A DNA stretch of 37,480 nucleotides from the NCBI GenBank assembly GCA_039798785.1, contig JBDKFG010000056.1, positions 1 through 37,480 on the forward strand. Reading direction: 5' to 3'. Below the pieces are notes generated by a model. That model saw only the letters and a program-made list of their open reading frames with translations, had not been told where the DNA came from and searched no databases. Below are positions 16,997 through 28,822 of the stretch, in pieces. How positions within the stretch are numbered: position 1 is the first letter of the stretch; the number at the start of each line of letters is the position of its first letter. Both the position numbers and the translations under genes were made by a program. This DNA is from Verrucomicrobiota bacterium (GTDB lineage Bacteria; Verrucomicrobiota; Lentisphaeria; Lentisphaerales; Lentisphaeraceae).

Positions 16997-19900
16997 ATGC
17001 GCCTCGCCTGGACATGCCTCCTCGGCCTTTTCCTGTCACTGGCCGCCGCCGCCGAGGAAAACGACCGCGACCGCATCGTCATCAACTACCTCCTGCGCAT
17101 CTCCGAGGCCGTGGAGTGGCCGCAGAACAAGGAGGCCAGCTTCCGGATCGTGGTCTTCTCCGCCGCCGAGACGAAGTTGTTGCGTGACCTGAAAGATGCG
17201 GCGAAGAGCTTCCGGATTCATGGAAAACAGATCGAGGTGAGCAGCTCCAGCGAACTCGCCCGCCTGCCCGAAGCCGACCTGATCTTCGTCCCCACAGGAA
17301 GCCTCAATTCCTTCCGCGACATCCTGTTCAAGACCGAAGGTCGCCCCGTCCTTCTGATCACCGAGAACTACGAGAACCAGCGGCTGATGATGGTCAATCT
17401 GGTGTACTCCAAAAGCGACAAGCGCATCCGCTTCGCCATCAACAAGGCCAATCTGCTCAATCAGAAGCTGGTGCCGGGCAAGCAGCTGATCCTGCTCGGC
17501 GGCACCGAAGTCGACGTCGCCAAGCTCTACCGCGAAGGGCAGGAGAGCCTGCTGGCCATGGAAGGCAGGGTCAGCGCCCTTGAGAAGCGCCTGCTGGACA
17601 GCCAAGTCCAACTCAAGGAGCAGAGCGCGGCCCTGGCGGCCGGCCAGGCCCTTGCCGAGCAGCAGAAGAAGGACCTGGCCTCCAAGGAGCTGGCCCTGAA
17701 AGCGGTAAACGCCCAGATCGATGCGGCTAAGCAGATCGAGGCGAGGATCGCCGCGGACCTCAAGGCCCGTGAGGGAGCCAATGCCGCCTTGAAGCGGGAA
17801 CTGCAGACGACGGAGGAGAAGCTGGCCAAGGCGCGCGAGGCCGCCGCGGAAAACGGCAGGCTGGCAGGCGCCAGCCTGATGCAGCTGAAGCAGCTCGAAT
17901 CCGAGAAACAGAGCCTGGTGGAGAAGATCGCCTTGAGCAGCAGCCAGTACCTGACCCAGTCCCAGCAGCTGCATTCCCTCAAGCTCAGCCTAGAAGACAT
18001 CACCGATGACTTGCACAGGCAGGAGAGCGGCGCCCTCCAGGCCAGGCAGGAGGCGCAGCAGGCGAAAGCCGAGGCCGGACGGATCCGCGACGGCATCCAA
18101 GGGCTGATCCAGCAGAAGGAGTCGATCGCCGCCGAACTGGCCAGCCAGAAAGTTGACTTGAGCCGCAAAAACCGCTTCGTCGCCTTCCTCCTCGGCGCGG
18201 TCATCCTGGTCAGCCTCCTCATCCTCTTCATCATCCGCGGCTACCGCAAATTGTCGCGGCAGCGCAGCCTGCTGGCGAGCCGCAACGCCGAGCTCCGGCA
18301 GACCCAGGCCAGCCTGCTAGACGCCCGCGAAGAGGCGCTCCGCAGCAGCGCCTTCAAGAGCAGCTTCCTCACCAACATGTCGCATGAGATCCGCACCCCT
18401 CTCAACGGCGTCATCGGCCTCACCCAGCTGCTCGCCAAGACCGACCTCGACCGGCGCCAGCAGGACTATCTCGGCAAACTCTCCTTCTCCGCCCGCAGCC
18501 TCCTGGGCGTCATCAACGACATCCTCGACTTCGCCAAGATCGAAGCCGGCAAGCTCAGCGCCCAGCCTCTTCCCTGCCATCCGGAAGAGGTGATCATGAA
18601 CAGCCTCGCCATCGTCCCGAGCCTGATCGGCGACAAGGAGATCGAGGTCGTCGCCGACATCCGCCTGCCCCTGCAACGCCATGCCCTGCTCGACTCGATC
18701 CGACTCGGTCAGATCCTCCACAACCTCCTCTCCAACGCCGCCAAGTTCACCCCTGCAGGCCAGATCCTGGTCAAAGCCCGCCATCGCGACGAAGGCGCCT
18801 CGGCAGTCCTCGAGATCAGCGTCAGCGACAGCGGCATCGGCATGGACGAGCAGACTCAAGCCAAGCTCTTCAGTCCCTTCGTCCAGGCCGATGCCTCGAC
18901 CACCCGGAAATACGGCGGCAGCGGACTCGGCCTCTCCATCTGCCGCGAGCTCTGCCGCCTGATGGGGGGCGACATCGGACTGCGAAGTTCACCAGGGCAG
19001 GGCAGCACCTTCAGCTTCTGGATCCGCTTCGACTGGGGTGAAGCCCTCCCACCTCCTCGCGATCTCAGCCATCTCAAGGACCGCTTCGTCCTGGTCGTCG
19101 ATGAACACCCGCTCAGTCTCGAGATCCTCGTCCGTCAGCTCCAGGACTTCGGCCTCCGGGTCAGCGCTCACACCGAGGCTTCCGCAGCGCTCGAGTGGCT
19201 GGCCCGGCAGGACCGCTGGCCGGACTACTTCCTCCTCGACTGGAAGATGACTGGGATGAATGGCGGCGAGCTGGCGCGGCGGATCCACGAGCTTCGCCCC
19301 GGGGCCGAGTCCGAATTCTGCATGATCTCGTCCCGTCCCCAGGAATGCCCGGATCTCCCCGGCATGCAATGTCCCTTGCACAAACCGGTCAGCTCCAGCT
19401 CCCTCCTCGATTTCCTGGTCAAGTCGCTCCCCTCCGGCAGCCCGCAGCAAGCCCAGCCGAAGCCCCTCGAGGGTCGCCGCATCCTCGTCGCCGAGGACCA
19501 GGAGATCAATCAGATGATCATCATCGAGCTTCTCCATTCGGCCGGCGCCCATGTCGATCTCGCCTCCGACGGTCACGAGGCGGTGAAGCGGACGGAATCG
19601 GCGGAATACGATCTGGTGCTGATGGACATCCAGATGCCGGTGCTCGACGGCCACGAGGCGACCCGCCGCATCCGGGCGGCAGGCGGCACGATGCCGATCA
19701 TCGCCATGACCGCCCACGCCTTCAACGCCGAAAAGGAGCGCTGCCTCGCCAACGGCATGAACGACCACGTCAGCAAGCCCTTCAACAAGGAAGAGCTCTT
19801 CGAGCTGCTGTTCCGCTGGCTCAAGCCTGACCAGCTTCTGGTCGCTGAAGACGATGAAATCAACCAGCTCATCCTTGGCGAAATCCTGACCGAAGCCGGC

Positions 19901-20230
19901 ATCCCCTACATCCTCTGCGGCAGCGGCGAAGAACTGATCGGACAATGGCAGAGACAGCCCGGCTGTCCCTTGATCCTCCTCGACCTGCAGCTGCCAGGCG
20001 TCGACGGACTGGCCACTCTCGAAGAGCTCCGGCGCCTCGGCTGCACGGCGCCTATCCACGCCCTCAGTGCCGCGCCCGCCCTCCCGCCCGACTGCAAGGG
20101 CCGCTTCGACGGATACTTCCCCAAGCCCTTCGATCCCGAGCTGGGTCAGGCTCTGCTCAAGCTTCTGAACCAAACCCAGAAAAAATTGCGGGAACCTCTC
20201 CCCGCCGTTGCCGAAGGACCATCTCCATGA
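16997..20230 (+). CDS. Hybrid sensor histidine kinase: signal peptide, YfiR/DUF4154-like domain, long coiled coil, TM, HisKA, HATPase and 3 REC domains
   Basis: YLLRISEAVEWP...DLIFV...PVLLIT...IRFAINKANL (YfiR-like). About 220 aa of heptad-rich sequence, then TM FVAFLLGAVILVSLLILFII. MSHEIRTPLNG H-box with N, G1, F and G2 boxes. REC Asp motifs LLDWKM, LMDIQMP and LLDLQLP. Confidence 0.92.
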   Translation: MRLAWTCLLGLFLSLAAAAEENDRDRIVINYLLRISEAVEWPQNKEASFRIVVFSAAETKLLRDLKDAAKSFRIHGKQIEVSSSSELARLPEADLIFVPTGSLNSFRDILFKTEGRPVLLITENYENQRLMMVNLVYSKSDKRIRFAINKANLLNQKLVPGKQLILLGGTEVDVAKLYREGQESLLAMEGRVSALEKRLLDSQVQLKEQSAALAAGQALAEQQKKDLASKELALKAVNAQIDAAKQIEARIAADLKAREGANAALKRELQTTEEKLAKAREAAAENGRLAGASLMQLKQLESEKQSLVEKIALSSSQYLTQSQQLHSLKLSLEDITDDLHRQESGALQARQEAQQAKAEAGRIRDGIQGLIQQKESIAAELASQKVDLSRKNRFVAFLLGAVILVSLLILFIIRGYRKLSRQRSLLASRNAELRQTQASLLDAREEALRSSAFKSSFLTNMSHEIRTPLNGVIGLTQLLAKTDLDRRQQDYLGKLSFSARSLLGVINDILDFAKIEAGKLSAQPLPCHPEEVIMNSLAIVPSLIGDKEIEVVADIRLPLQRHALLDSIRLGQILHNLLSNAAKFTPAGQILVKARHRDEGASAVLEISVSDSGIGMDEQTQAKLFSPFVQADASTTRKYGGSGLGLSICRELCRLMGGDIGLRSSPGQGSTFSFWIRFDWGEALPPPRDLSHLKDRFVLVVDEHPLSLEILVRQLQDFGLRVSAHTEASAALEWLARQDRWPDYFLLDWKMTGMNGGELARRIHELRPGAESEFCMISSRPQECPDLPGMQCPLHKPVSSSSLLDFLVKSLPSGSPQQAQPKPLEGRRILVAEDQEINQMIIIELLHSAGAHVDLASDGHEAVKRTESAEYDLVLMDIQMPVLDGHEATRRIRAAGGTMPIIAMTAHAFNAEKERCLANGMNDHVSKPFNKEELFELLFRWLKPDQLLVAEDDEINQLILGEILTEAGIPYILCGSGEELIGQWQRQPGCPLILLDLQLPGVDGLATLEELRRLGCTAPIHALSAAPALPPDCKGRFDGYFPKPFDPELGQALLKLLNQTQKKLREPLPAVAEGPSP

Positions 20231-20267
20231 TAAACTTGTCTAAACTCGAACGATGACAGGATTGACG

Positions 20268-21413
20268 ATGCCGACAAAACCCGCACTTCTCCTGGTCGAC
20301 GACGTACCCGAAAACCTGATGGTTCTCAGCGGCCTCCTGCGCCCCTCCTACGAAATCAGGGCGGTGACCAGCGGCATCCAGGCCCTGCAACTTCTAGAGA
20401 ACTTCCACCCCGACCTCATCCTCCTCGACATCGTCATGCCTGATCTCGACGGCATCGAAATCTTGCAGCGGATCCGCAGCCGCCCCTCTCCGCCTCCGGT
20501 GATCATGCTGACCGCCCTCGACGACGTCGACTCGAAAGTCCGCGCCTTCGAGGCAGGCGCCCTCGACTACATCACCAAACCCTTCCAGGTGCAGGAGGTG
20601 CTCGCCCGGGTCGGAAATCAGATCCTCATCCGTTCCCACGCCCGCGAGCTGGAATCGCGCAACCAGGAGCTGATCCGCCTCAACCACCAGATCCTCGACG
20701 CCCAGAAGACCAGCGACGAATTCATGCGCATCGCCAGCCACGACCTGCGCTCGCCCCTCTCCGTCATCCTCGGCAATGCCGAGCTGATCAGTCTTTACCT
20801 CGGCAACGGCCGCGGGCTTGATCCCGCCAAATGCCTGCGCATGGTCGGCTCGATGAGCGCCGCCGCCTCGCTGATGCGCTGCATCATCGACGACTTCATC
20901 GACTTCCGCATCCTCAAGGACGGCCAGGTGAGCATCCACCTCGAATCCATAGACCTGCGCACCATAGCCGAAGACGTCATGCAGTCCCGCCTCTTCCATG
21001 CCGAGAAGAAAAGCGCCATCCTCGAGCTCGACGCCCCCAGCCCGGTGCCGGCCTGGTTCGACCGCTCACGCATCCTGCAAGTGGTCGACAACCTCCTTTC
21101 CAACGCCCTCAAATACAGCCCGACTGGTTCGCAGATCCTGATCCGGGTCGAGGAGACGCAAGGGCGGTCCCGCCTCAGCGTCATCGACCAGGGCCCGGGA
21201 CTCCGTCCCGAAGATTTCGACCGCCTCTTCAGCGACTACGCCCGCCTCAGCGCCCAGCCCACCGGAGGCGAAAAGAGCCTCGGCCTCGGCCTCTCCATCT
21301 GCAAAACCCTGATGGAACTGCACCAAGGTGACATCGGCGCCTACAACAATCCCGAAGGAGGCGCCACATTCTGGATCAGCCTCCCCAATCTTCATCCAGG
21401 AGTCGAAGCATGA
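20268..21413 (+). CDS. Cytoplasmic REC-HisKA-HATPase hybrid kinase (alternative start 20253)
   Basis: LLVDD, ILLDIVMP, DYITKPF; ASHDLRSPL, NLLSNALKYS, DQGPG, GLGLSIC. Confidence 0.92.
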   Translation: MPTKPALLLVDDVPENLMVLSGLLRPSYEIRAVTSGIQALQLLENFHPDLILLDIVMPDLDGIEILQRIRSRPSPPPVIMLTALDDVDSKVRAFEAGALDYITKPFQVQEVLARVGNQILIRSHARELESRNQELIRLNHQILDAQKTSDEFMRIASHDLRSPLSVILGNAELISLYLGNGRGLDPAKCLRMVGSMSAAASLMRCIIDDFIDFRILKDGQVSIHLESIDLRTIAEDVMQSRLFHAEKKSAILELDAPSPVPAWFDRSRILQVVDNLLSNALKYSPTGSQILIRVEETQGRSRLSVIDQGPGLRPEDFDRLFSDYARLSAQPTGGEKSLGLGLSICKTLMELHQGDIGAYNNPEGGATFWISLPNLHPGVEA

Positions 21414-22012
21414 CGCCGCCCGACCTATCCGTAAGGCTCGCCGCCGTCCCCGGCCTCGGCTACCGCGAGGGACTGCAACGCGTCGGCGGCAATCCCGATT
21501 TCTACGCCAAGGTCCTGCGCCTTTTCTGCGACAAAATCGAATCGACGGCTAAGCGCCTCGAAGAGCTTCACCGGGACGGTGGGCGGCGCATCGAATTCGG
21601 CCGCGAAGTCCACAGCCTGAAGGGCACTTCGGGGAATCTCGCCATCCGTCCGGTGCATGACGCCGCCTGCGTCCTCGACCACGCCTTGAAGACGCGCCAG
21701 AGCGAAACCGAAGTCGCCTCCAGTCTGCGGCATCTCGTCGACCACTGCCGGGCCTTCCAGATCGATCTCAGCCTCGCCCTCGGCGAAGCCAGCTGCTCCC
21801 GCCCCTCGCCGCAGCTCCCCTCGCCCAAGCTGCTCCTGCAGCTCAAAGTCTGGATCGACAACTGCGACTGCGCCGCCTTGCAGCTGATCGATGATGAAGC
21901 GGCCGCGCTCGAAGCCATCCTCGGCAGCGCCGGACACGGCCAGCTGCGCCAGGCCTTGCACCGCTTCGACTGGCGCCAGGCCGCCGCCGAACTTGACAAG
22001 CTCGCCCCCTGA
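21410..22012 (+). CDS. Hpt (histidine phosphotransfer) domain protein
   Basis: GLQRVGGNPDFY.KVL..F and VHSLKGTSGNL (Hpt His). ATGA overlap with the upstream kinase. Confidence 0.85.
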   Translation: MTPPDLSVRLAAVPGLGYREGLQRVGGNPDFYAKVLRLFCDKIESTAKRLEELHRDGGRRIEFGREVHSLKGTSGNLAIRPVHDAACVLDHALKTRQSETEVASSLRHLVDHCRAFQIDLSLALGEASCSRPSPQLPSPKLLLQLKVWIDNCDCAALQLIDDEAAALEAILGSAGHGQLRQALHRFDWRQAAAELDKLAP

Positions 22013-22059
22013 GCACTCGCCACCGCCTTCCACCTCATTCCAAGCTCAGAGGATCGAGA

Positions 22060-22755
22060 ATGAAACATCTATTAGTCCTCCTCCTACTCTGCTGCGCCTC
22101 CCAAGCCTCGGAAAGCCCGGAAAAACCCGCGCCTCCCCCCGCCGCAGCCGCCTCTCTCGACGCCGAAAGAGTGAAGAGGATCGACGCCCTCTGCGCCATC
22201 GTCGCCACCGGCAATCCGAAAGAGCGCCGCCAGGCCAGGAAGGACCTCAACGCCTGTGACAAGAGCGCCGCCGCCGAACTCCAGGCTGCCCTTGCCAAAG
22301 CCAATGATCCGGAAGTCCGCGAAGCGCTGACCGAAGCCCTCGCCAAGTTCGACATGAGCGGCTACAAGGCTCTCAGCCCGCCCCAGATCACCCGGGCAAA
22401 AAACGGCCTCAAGATGATCGGCGTCACGATCAACAGCTACTTTTCCGACGGCACCTCGACTGATTTCCCCGAGGCCTCCAAGTTGATGATTGAAATGGCG
22501 ATGACCGACATTCCCAACAACGGACGCCCGATGGGCGACAGCGCCGCCTTCTCCAAGGGCGAATCCGACGTCGTCCCGCTTTGGAAGGCAGGAAGCCACT
22601 TCGCCGCTCTCAACAATAGCGACGCGCCCCTGGCCTTCCTCCGACCGGAATTCACGCCCGGCACAATCCTGATGCTGTTCGGCGACGGACATGTCGAAAG
22701 CCGCACTTTCGAGGGCAAGACCACAGCCGCCGCTCTGAAGGAGTTCGCCCCTTGA
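22060..22755 (+). CDS. Secreted protein with HEAT-like N-terminal helices and an H-X9-DG/DUF1559-like C-terminal region
   Basis: Signal peptide. ERRQARKDL...LAKANDPEVREAL is HEAT-like. NGLKMIGVTINSYFSD and LMLFGDGHVE resemble prepilin-associated H-X9-DG proteins. Confidence 0.55.
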   Translation: MKHLLVLLLLCCASQASESPEKPAPPPAAAASLDAERVKRIDALCAIVATGNPKERRQARKDLNACDKSAAAELQAALAKANDPEVREALTEALAKFDMSGYKALSPPQITRAKNGLKMIGVTINSYFSDGTSTDFPEASKLMIEMAMTDIPNNGRPMGDSAAFSKGESDVVPLWKAGSHFAALNNSDAPLAFLRPEFTPGTILMLFGDGHVESRTFEGKTTAAALKEFAP

Positions 22756-22768
22756 CCGGAATTCTTCC

Positions 22769-23281
22769 TCAGTCGCGTCGGCTCAGCTCCTGCAAAGCCC
22801 TCATCGCCAGGTCAAAGGCATCCAGTCGCCTGGCCTGGGCGCTGCCGGGATTCATTTCAATGGCAGGATTGCCGCCGGCAAAGGCCTGGGCCCCAAAAAT
22901 GGCGGTGTCGACCAACTCTTCCCGGGTGCACCTGGGAAGCTGCGGCAGCAGATCTTCGAGACTCTCGAGTGAACGGGCGAAAAACTTGGCGTCGCCGTTC
23001 AACTGCTGAAAGCGCTTCTGACGCTCCTCCCCCGCACAGGCCTCGATCGCCTCCATGCGGCGCTCGCCAGCGGCATGCAGACACGAGCAGCACAGATGCA
23101 GGCTCGCCTCCAGATCGGCATGACGCGCCGCCGTCACATGCCCTTCATCGAGAAGCGCCCGCAGAGTGTCGCCCTGGCGGAAGAAACCGAGGGCCGCCCG
23201 TGTCAGAGTCGCCTCATCGCTATCGCGGAGGAAGAACAGGCGGGCGGCATCATCGCGACGAAGGGTCTCGAGATCGATCAT
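22769..23281 (-). CDS. Hypothetical protein (170 aa)
   Basis: ATG at 23281 overlaps the stop of the CBS gene (ATGA). Helical-looking sequence; no motif recognised. Confidence 0.55.
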   Translation of the reverse strand: MIDLETLRRDDAARLFFLRDSDEATLTRAALGFFRQGDTLRALLDEGHVTAARHADLEASLHLCCSCLHAAGERRMEAIEACAGEERQKRFQQLNGDAKFFARSLESLEDLLPQLPRCTREELVDTAIFGAQAFAGGNPAIEMNPGSAQARRLDAFDLAMRALQELSRRD

Positions 23282-23706
23282 CCTTTCGTCTCCCGTTCCA
23301 GCTGATTGCGGAAAGCGCGCAGCAGATCGCCGTCGGTGATGATGCCGACGAGCCGCCCCTGATCCAGGACCGGCAGGGCGTGGATGTGATGGTTGAGAAG
23401 AAGATTGAGAGCCTCGAGGATCGAGGCCTCGGGACTGACGGTGATCGGCTGACGGCTCATGAACTGGTGCGCCTTGGTGAAGAGCAGGCGCTGTTCCGCC
23501 GTGGTGGCCAGATCGCTGTGGGATCGGGGGGAGATCTGCCTCTTCACGTCGCTGTCGGCGATGATGCCGACCAGACGCCCCTGGTCGACGACCAGGACAT
23601 GGCCGATCTTCCGCTTGATCATGATCTGCTCGATGACTTCGAGGGTGAAGTCCATCTCCACCGTGATCAAAGCGGTACTCATGATCTGAGCGACGGTTGT
23701 GGACAT
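23278..23706 (-). CDS. CBS-domain pair protein (AcuB-like)
   Basis: V.QIMS...ITV; two copies of H..PV/VVDQGRLVGII.D.D. Confidence 0.88.
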   Translation of the reverse strand: MSTTVAQIMSTALITVEMDFTLEVIEQIMIKRKIGHVLVVDQGRLVGIIADSDVKRQISPRSHSDLATTAEQRLLFTKAHQFMSRQPITVSPEASILEALNLLLNHHIHALPVLDQGRLVGIITDGDLLRAFRNQLERETKG

Positions 23707-23819
23707 AACTCACCTGAGGGTTGGACAAGGCAAAGATATACCTGCAACGATCTGCCGCTATCTCAAGCCAGTGCAAGTGGCGGCGAGAGTTTTCATCTCA
23801 CCTCCTCTCGCGAATGGAC

Positions 23820-24755
23820 TCAGGAACTCCCCGTCTCATTCCAGAAGTCGTAGAAGTTGTACCATTGCAGGGGATCTTCGAGAACCAGTTTTTCCAGCCG
23901 CTGCAACCAGAGACGGCGGGCCTCCGCGGCCGCGACGCCGCCGTCGCGCCGGGCGACAGGGCCGCAGAGACGCTCGAGCTGCACCTGGTGGCGACCGGCC
24001 TGGCGCCGGCAGAAACTCGTCCACACCGGACACCTGAGCAGCTGCGCCAGACGCCAGGGGCCGTCGGGCAATTCGATTTCGCCGCCGAGGAACTTCTCGC
24101 GGATCCGTCCGCCGCCGCCGCCCGGGGCGGCGCGATCGGCCAGGAGGATGATGTAGCCGCCGGACTGGACGTGCTCGAGGAGTTCCGAGGCGAGGGCGGG
24201 ATTGACTTCGGCGGAGCTGACGAGGCGGCAATGTCCGGGCTCGGCGGCGCCCGACTGCCGCAGTATGGCGCTGTATTTGGCGGCGTGTCCGTATTCGATG
24301 AAGACGATCATCCGCAAACCGGGGATGCTGCCGGAGAGTGCTCGCATGCCTTCGAGGTTGCCGTAATGGGCACCGACGATCAGGCCTCCCTGGCCGGCCG
24401 CGACTGCGGCGGCGAGCTCGCCGCGGGCAGGGAAATCGACCCGTCCGGTGTCGCGGCTGCCGGTCCAGTAGGCGAACTTCTCGAGAAGGGAGCAGGAGAA
24501 ATCCCAGAAATGGCGGCAGACCGGGAAGAGCCGCGGCACTGGCGCTCCGGCTGCCCGTGCGCGCTTCAGGAAGAGTGCCGATGCGAGGCCGGCCTTGCCG
24601 GGAAAGAGGCAGAACCAGGCCACCGGAAAGATCATGACCAGGCGGCAGACGCGCTCCCCGGCATGGCGCAGCACCCAGGCGAGGAAGCGGATGCCCCAGA
24701 GGCTGCCGCGCTCCTTCTGCGCCAGCCAGGCGGCTTTTGTCGATGATTTCTCCAT
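23820..24755 (-). CDS. LpxL/LPLAT-family acyltransferase of the aryl-polyene-cluster type
   Basis: N-terminal W..QKERGS..G, catalytic AHYGNLE, LLADR, FLG....P.GP, and C-terminal P.QWYNFYDFW. Confidence 0.8.
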   Translation of the reverse strand: MEKSSTKAAWLAQKERGSLWGIRFLAWVLRHAGERVCRLVMIFPVAWFCLFPGKAGLASALFLKRARAAGAPVPRLFPVCRHFWDFSCSLLEKFAYWTGSRDTGRVDFPARGELAAAVAAGQGGLIVGAHYGNLEGMRALSGSIPGLRMIVFIEYGHAAKYSAILRQSGAAEPGHCRLVSSAEVNPALASELLEHVQSGGYIILLADRAAPGGGGGRIREKFLGGEIELPDGPWRLAQLLRCPVWTSFCRRQAGRHQVQLERLCGPVARRDGGVAAAEARRLWLQRLEKLVLEDPLQWYNFYDFWNETGSS

Positions 24756-24904
24756 GCGCTTAAGCTGTCGCCAAAATCGCGAAAGTCATCAAAACCCATG
24801 CGGCTTTCGGCGAAGCTTGCGGGAGAGGCGGCGGCAAAGACATCGCGACCGCCTCAAGCGACTTGCCGATCCGGGGTTATTTTGCCTCAATTCCGGAGGC
24901 GGCG

Positions 24905-25762
24905 ATGAAGGCTTTGATCAGCATCCGCAAAGAAGAGAACGCCCAGGCGATCAGTCGACTCCTGGAACAGTACGGCATCCCACACCGTCTCGAGCCCGGC
25001 CCCGAGGGCTTTCAGCTCTTCGTCGAAGCGCCGCTGCAGGCGGCGGCCAGGAGCATCCTGGCAGAGCACACGACGCTGAATCCGGAGAGCGGCATCGACC
25101 GTCTCTGGTCCTGGATCCGCCAGCATCCGGTGAGCTCCGTGCTCCTGCTGCTGGCCTGCTTCGGCTTCGCCTGGGCCGACTGGGGGCGACAGATGGAACG
25201 TCTCCAAGGCCTGTCCTACGTCAGCCCCGAGCAGACGCGGCTGGTCGAGGTGGCAGCGCCGCGGGAGCAGGTGCCGATCCCCTGGCGACAGCCCTGGCGG
25301 CTGATCACGCCTCTCTTCCTGCAGAGCCACCCGCTGCTTTTCGCCATCACGGTCGGTCTCGGCGGCCTCTTCGCCTCCAGGATCGAGAGGGTCAGCGGAC
25401 GGCTCTATCTCGCCGTCCTGACCCTGGCTCTGGCCCTCCCGGCCTTCCTCCTGCAAGCCTGGCACACCGGAGCACTCAACTGCTACGGCTTCGGCCCCTT
25501 GTGCTTCGGCTTTGCCGGCTTTCTTTGGGCACGAAGCCGCCTCGACAAATATTATTGCGGCCAGTTCTCCGGCGCCATCGGGCTGATCCTTGCCACATGG
25601 CTGGTGCTGGAACTCCTGTTCCAGCCGCAGCCGATGGCCTTCCTCGCCGACCAGGTGCCCGCGACAGGGCAGGCCGCCGCCGCCGCCATCGGTGCCTTGT
25701 GGGGCTTCCTGAGTTCCTTCCTGCTGGCCAAGGAACGGCGTTTCCGCCGTCCCGAGCTATAA
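24905..25762 (+). CDS. GlpG-like rhomboid homolog, apparently lacking the catalytic Ser/His
   Basis: GlpG-like N-terminal domain, QPWRLITPLFL, IERVSG and multiple TM segments. The GxSG position reads GFGP, and there is no His in the last TM helix. Confidence 0.7.
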   Translation: MKALISIRKEENAQAISRLLEQYGIPHRLEPGPEGFQLFVEAPLQAAARSILAEHTTLNPESGIDRLWSWIRQHPVSSVLLLLACFGFAWADWGRQMERLQGLSYVSPEQTRLVEVAAPREQVPIPWRQPWRLITPLFLQSHPLLFAITVGLGGLFASRIERVSGRLYLAVLTLALALPAFLLQAWHTGALNCYGFGPLCFGFAGFLWARSRLDKYYCGQFSGAIGLILATWLVLELLFQPQPMAFLADQVPATGQAAAAAIGALWGFLSSFLLAKERRFRRPEL

Positions 25763-26490
25763 CAGCAGGATGCGCCCGGCGTCGGCATCGGCAAGACGGC
25801 GGAACTTGCGATCGTAGACATGCTCAGGCGCGGAGGAGTCGACGAAAGCGCCAGGGGACCCGGCGAAAGCGATGCGGCCGAGGCGGAGGGCGAGAATGGC
25901 GTCGGCACATTCGAGCGCCTCGTTCAGGTCATGGGTCGCCCAGAGAAGGGTCTTCCCCTGCCGCCGGGTCAGGCTTAGCGCCAGCTCCCAGGTCCGGGCG
26001 CTGGCGGCCGGATCGAGTCCGGAGGCGGCTTCATCGAGGAGGATCAGAGGGCAGTCCTGGGCCAAGGCGGCGGCGATGTAGGCGCGCTGGCGTTCGCCGC
26101 CGGAGAGCTGATCGAGGCGGCGAAGGCGCTTGTCCCCGAGATCGAGGGCGGCGATGGCTGCGTCGACCGCCTCTTGATGGCCGTCATCCCAAGGATGGCG
26201 GGCAAGGCGCAGAAACTCCTCGACGGTGAAAGGCAATGGTTCGGGACTCTGGGGCACCCAGGTGAGGAGACGAGCTCTTTCTCGTCTTCCGAGGCCGGAC
26301 AGCTCCCTGCCCCCGAGGAGGCAGCTGCCGCTCCCCTGGAGCTGGCCGAGGAGGCGGCGGAGCAGCGTGCTCTTGCCGGCGCCATTGGCGCCCAGCAAGG
26401 CGGTGAGGGAGCCTGGAGCGAGCTCGAAGTCAAGACCGGCGAGGATCTCGACGTCCCCCTGCCGGGCGCTGAGGCCACGGACGCTGAGCA

Positions 26491-26491
<1 letters not shown>
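25757..26491 (-). CDS. ABC transporter ATP-binding protein (FepC/BtuD-like)
   Basis: Walker A GANGAGKST, signature LSGGERQR, Walker B ILLDE and H-loop THDLN. TGATG overlap with the upstream kinase stop. Confidence 0.9.
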
Positions 26492-28725
<2,234 letters not shown>

Positions 28726-28775
28726 ATGCGGCTCCCTTGGAGAAGATCGGCGGTGGCAAAAAAATCTTCGCCCTT

Positions 28776-28804
28776 ATGTTAAGGCGTCTATAGCATCAAG
28801 TCAA
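28776..28804 (-). promoter_or_regulatory. Putative sigma70 promoter in the 97-bp divergent kinase intergenic region
   Basis: Minus strand TTGACT-17 bp-TAACAT. A weaker plus-strand -10 element (TAGCAT, 28791-28796) overlaps it. Confidence 0.5.
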
Positions 28805-28822
28805 TTTTCCGGAGACGAAAAG

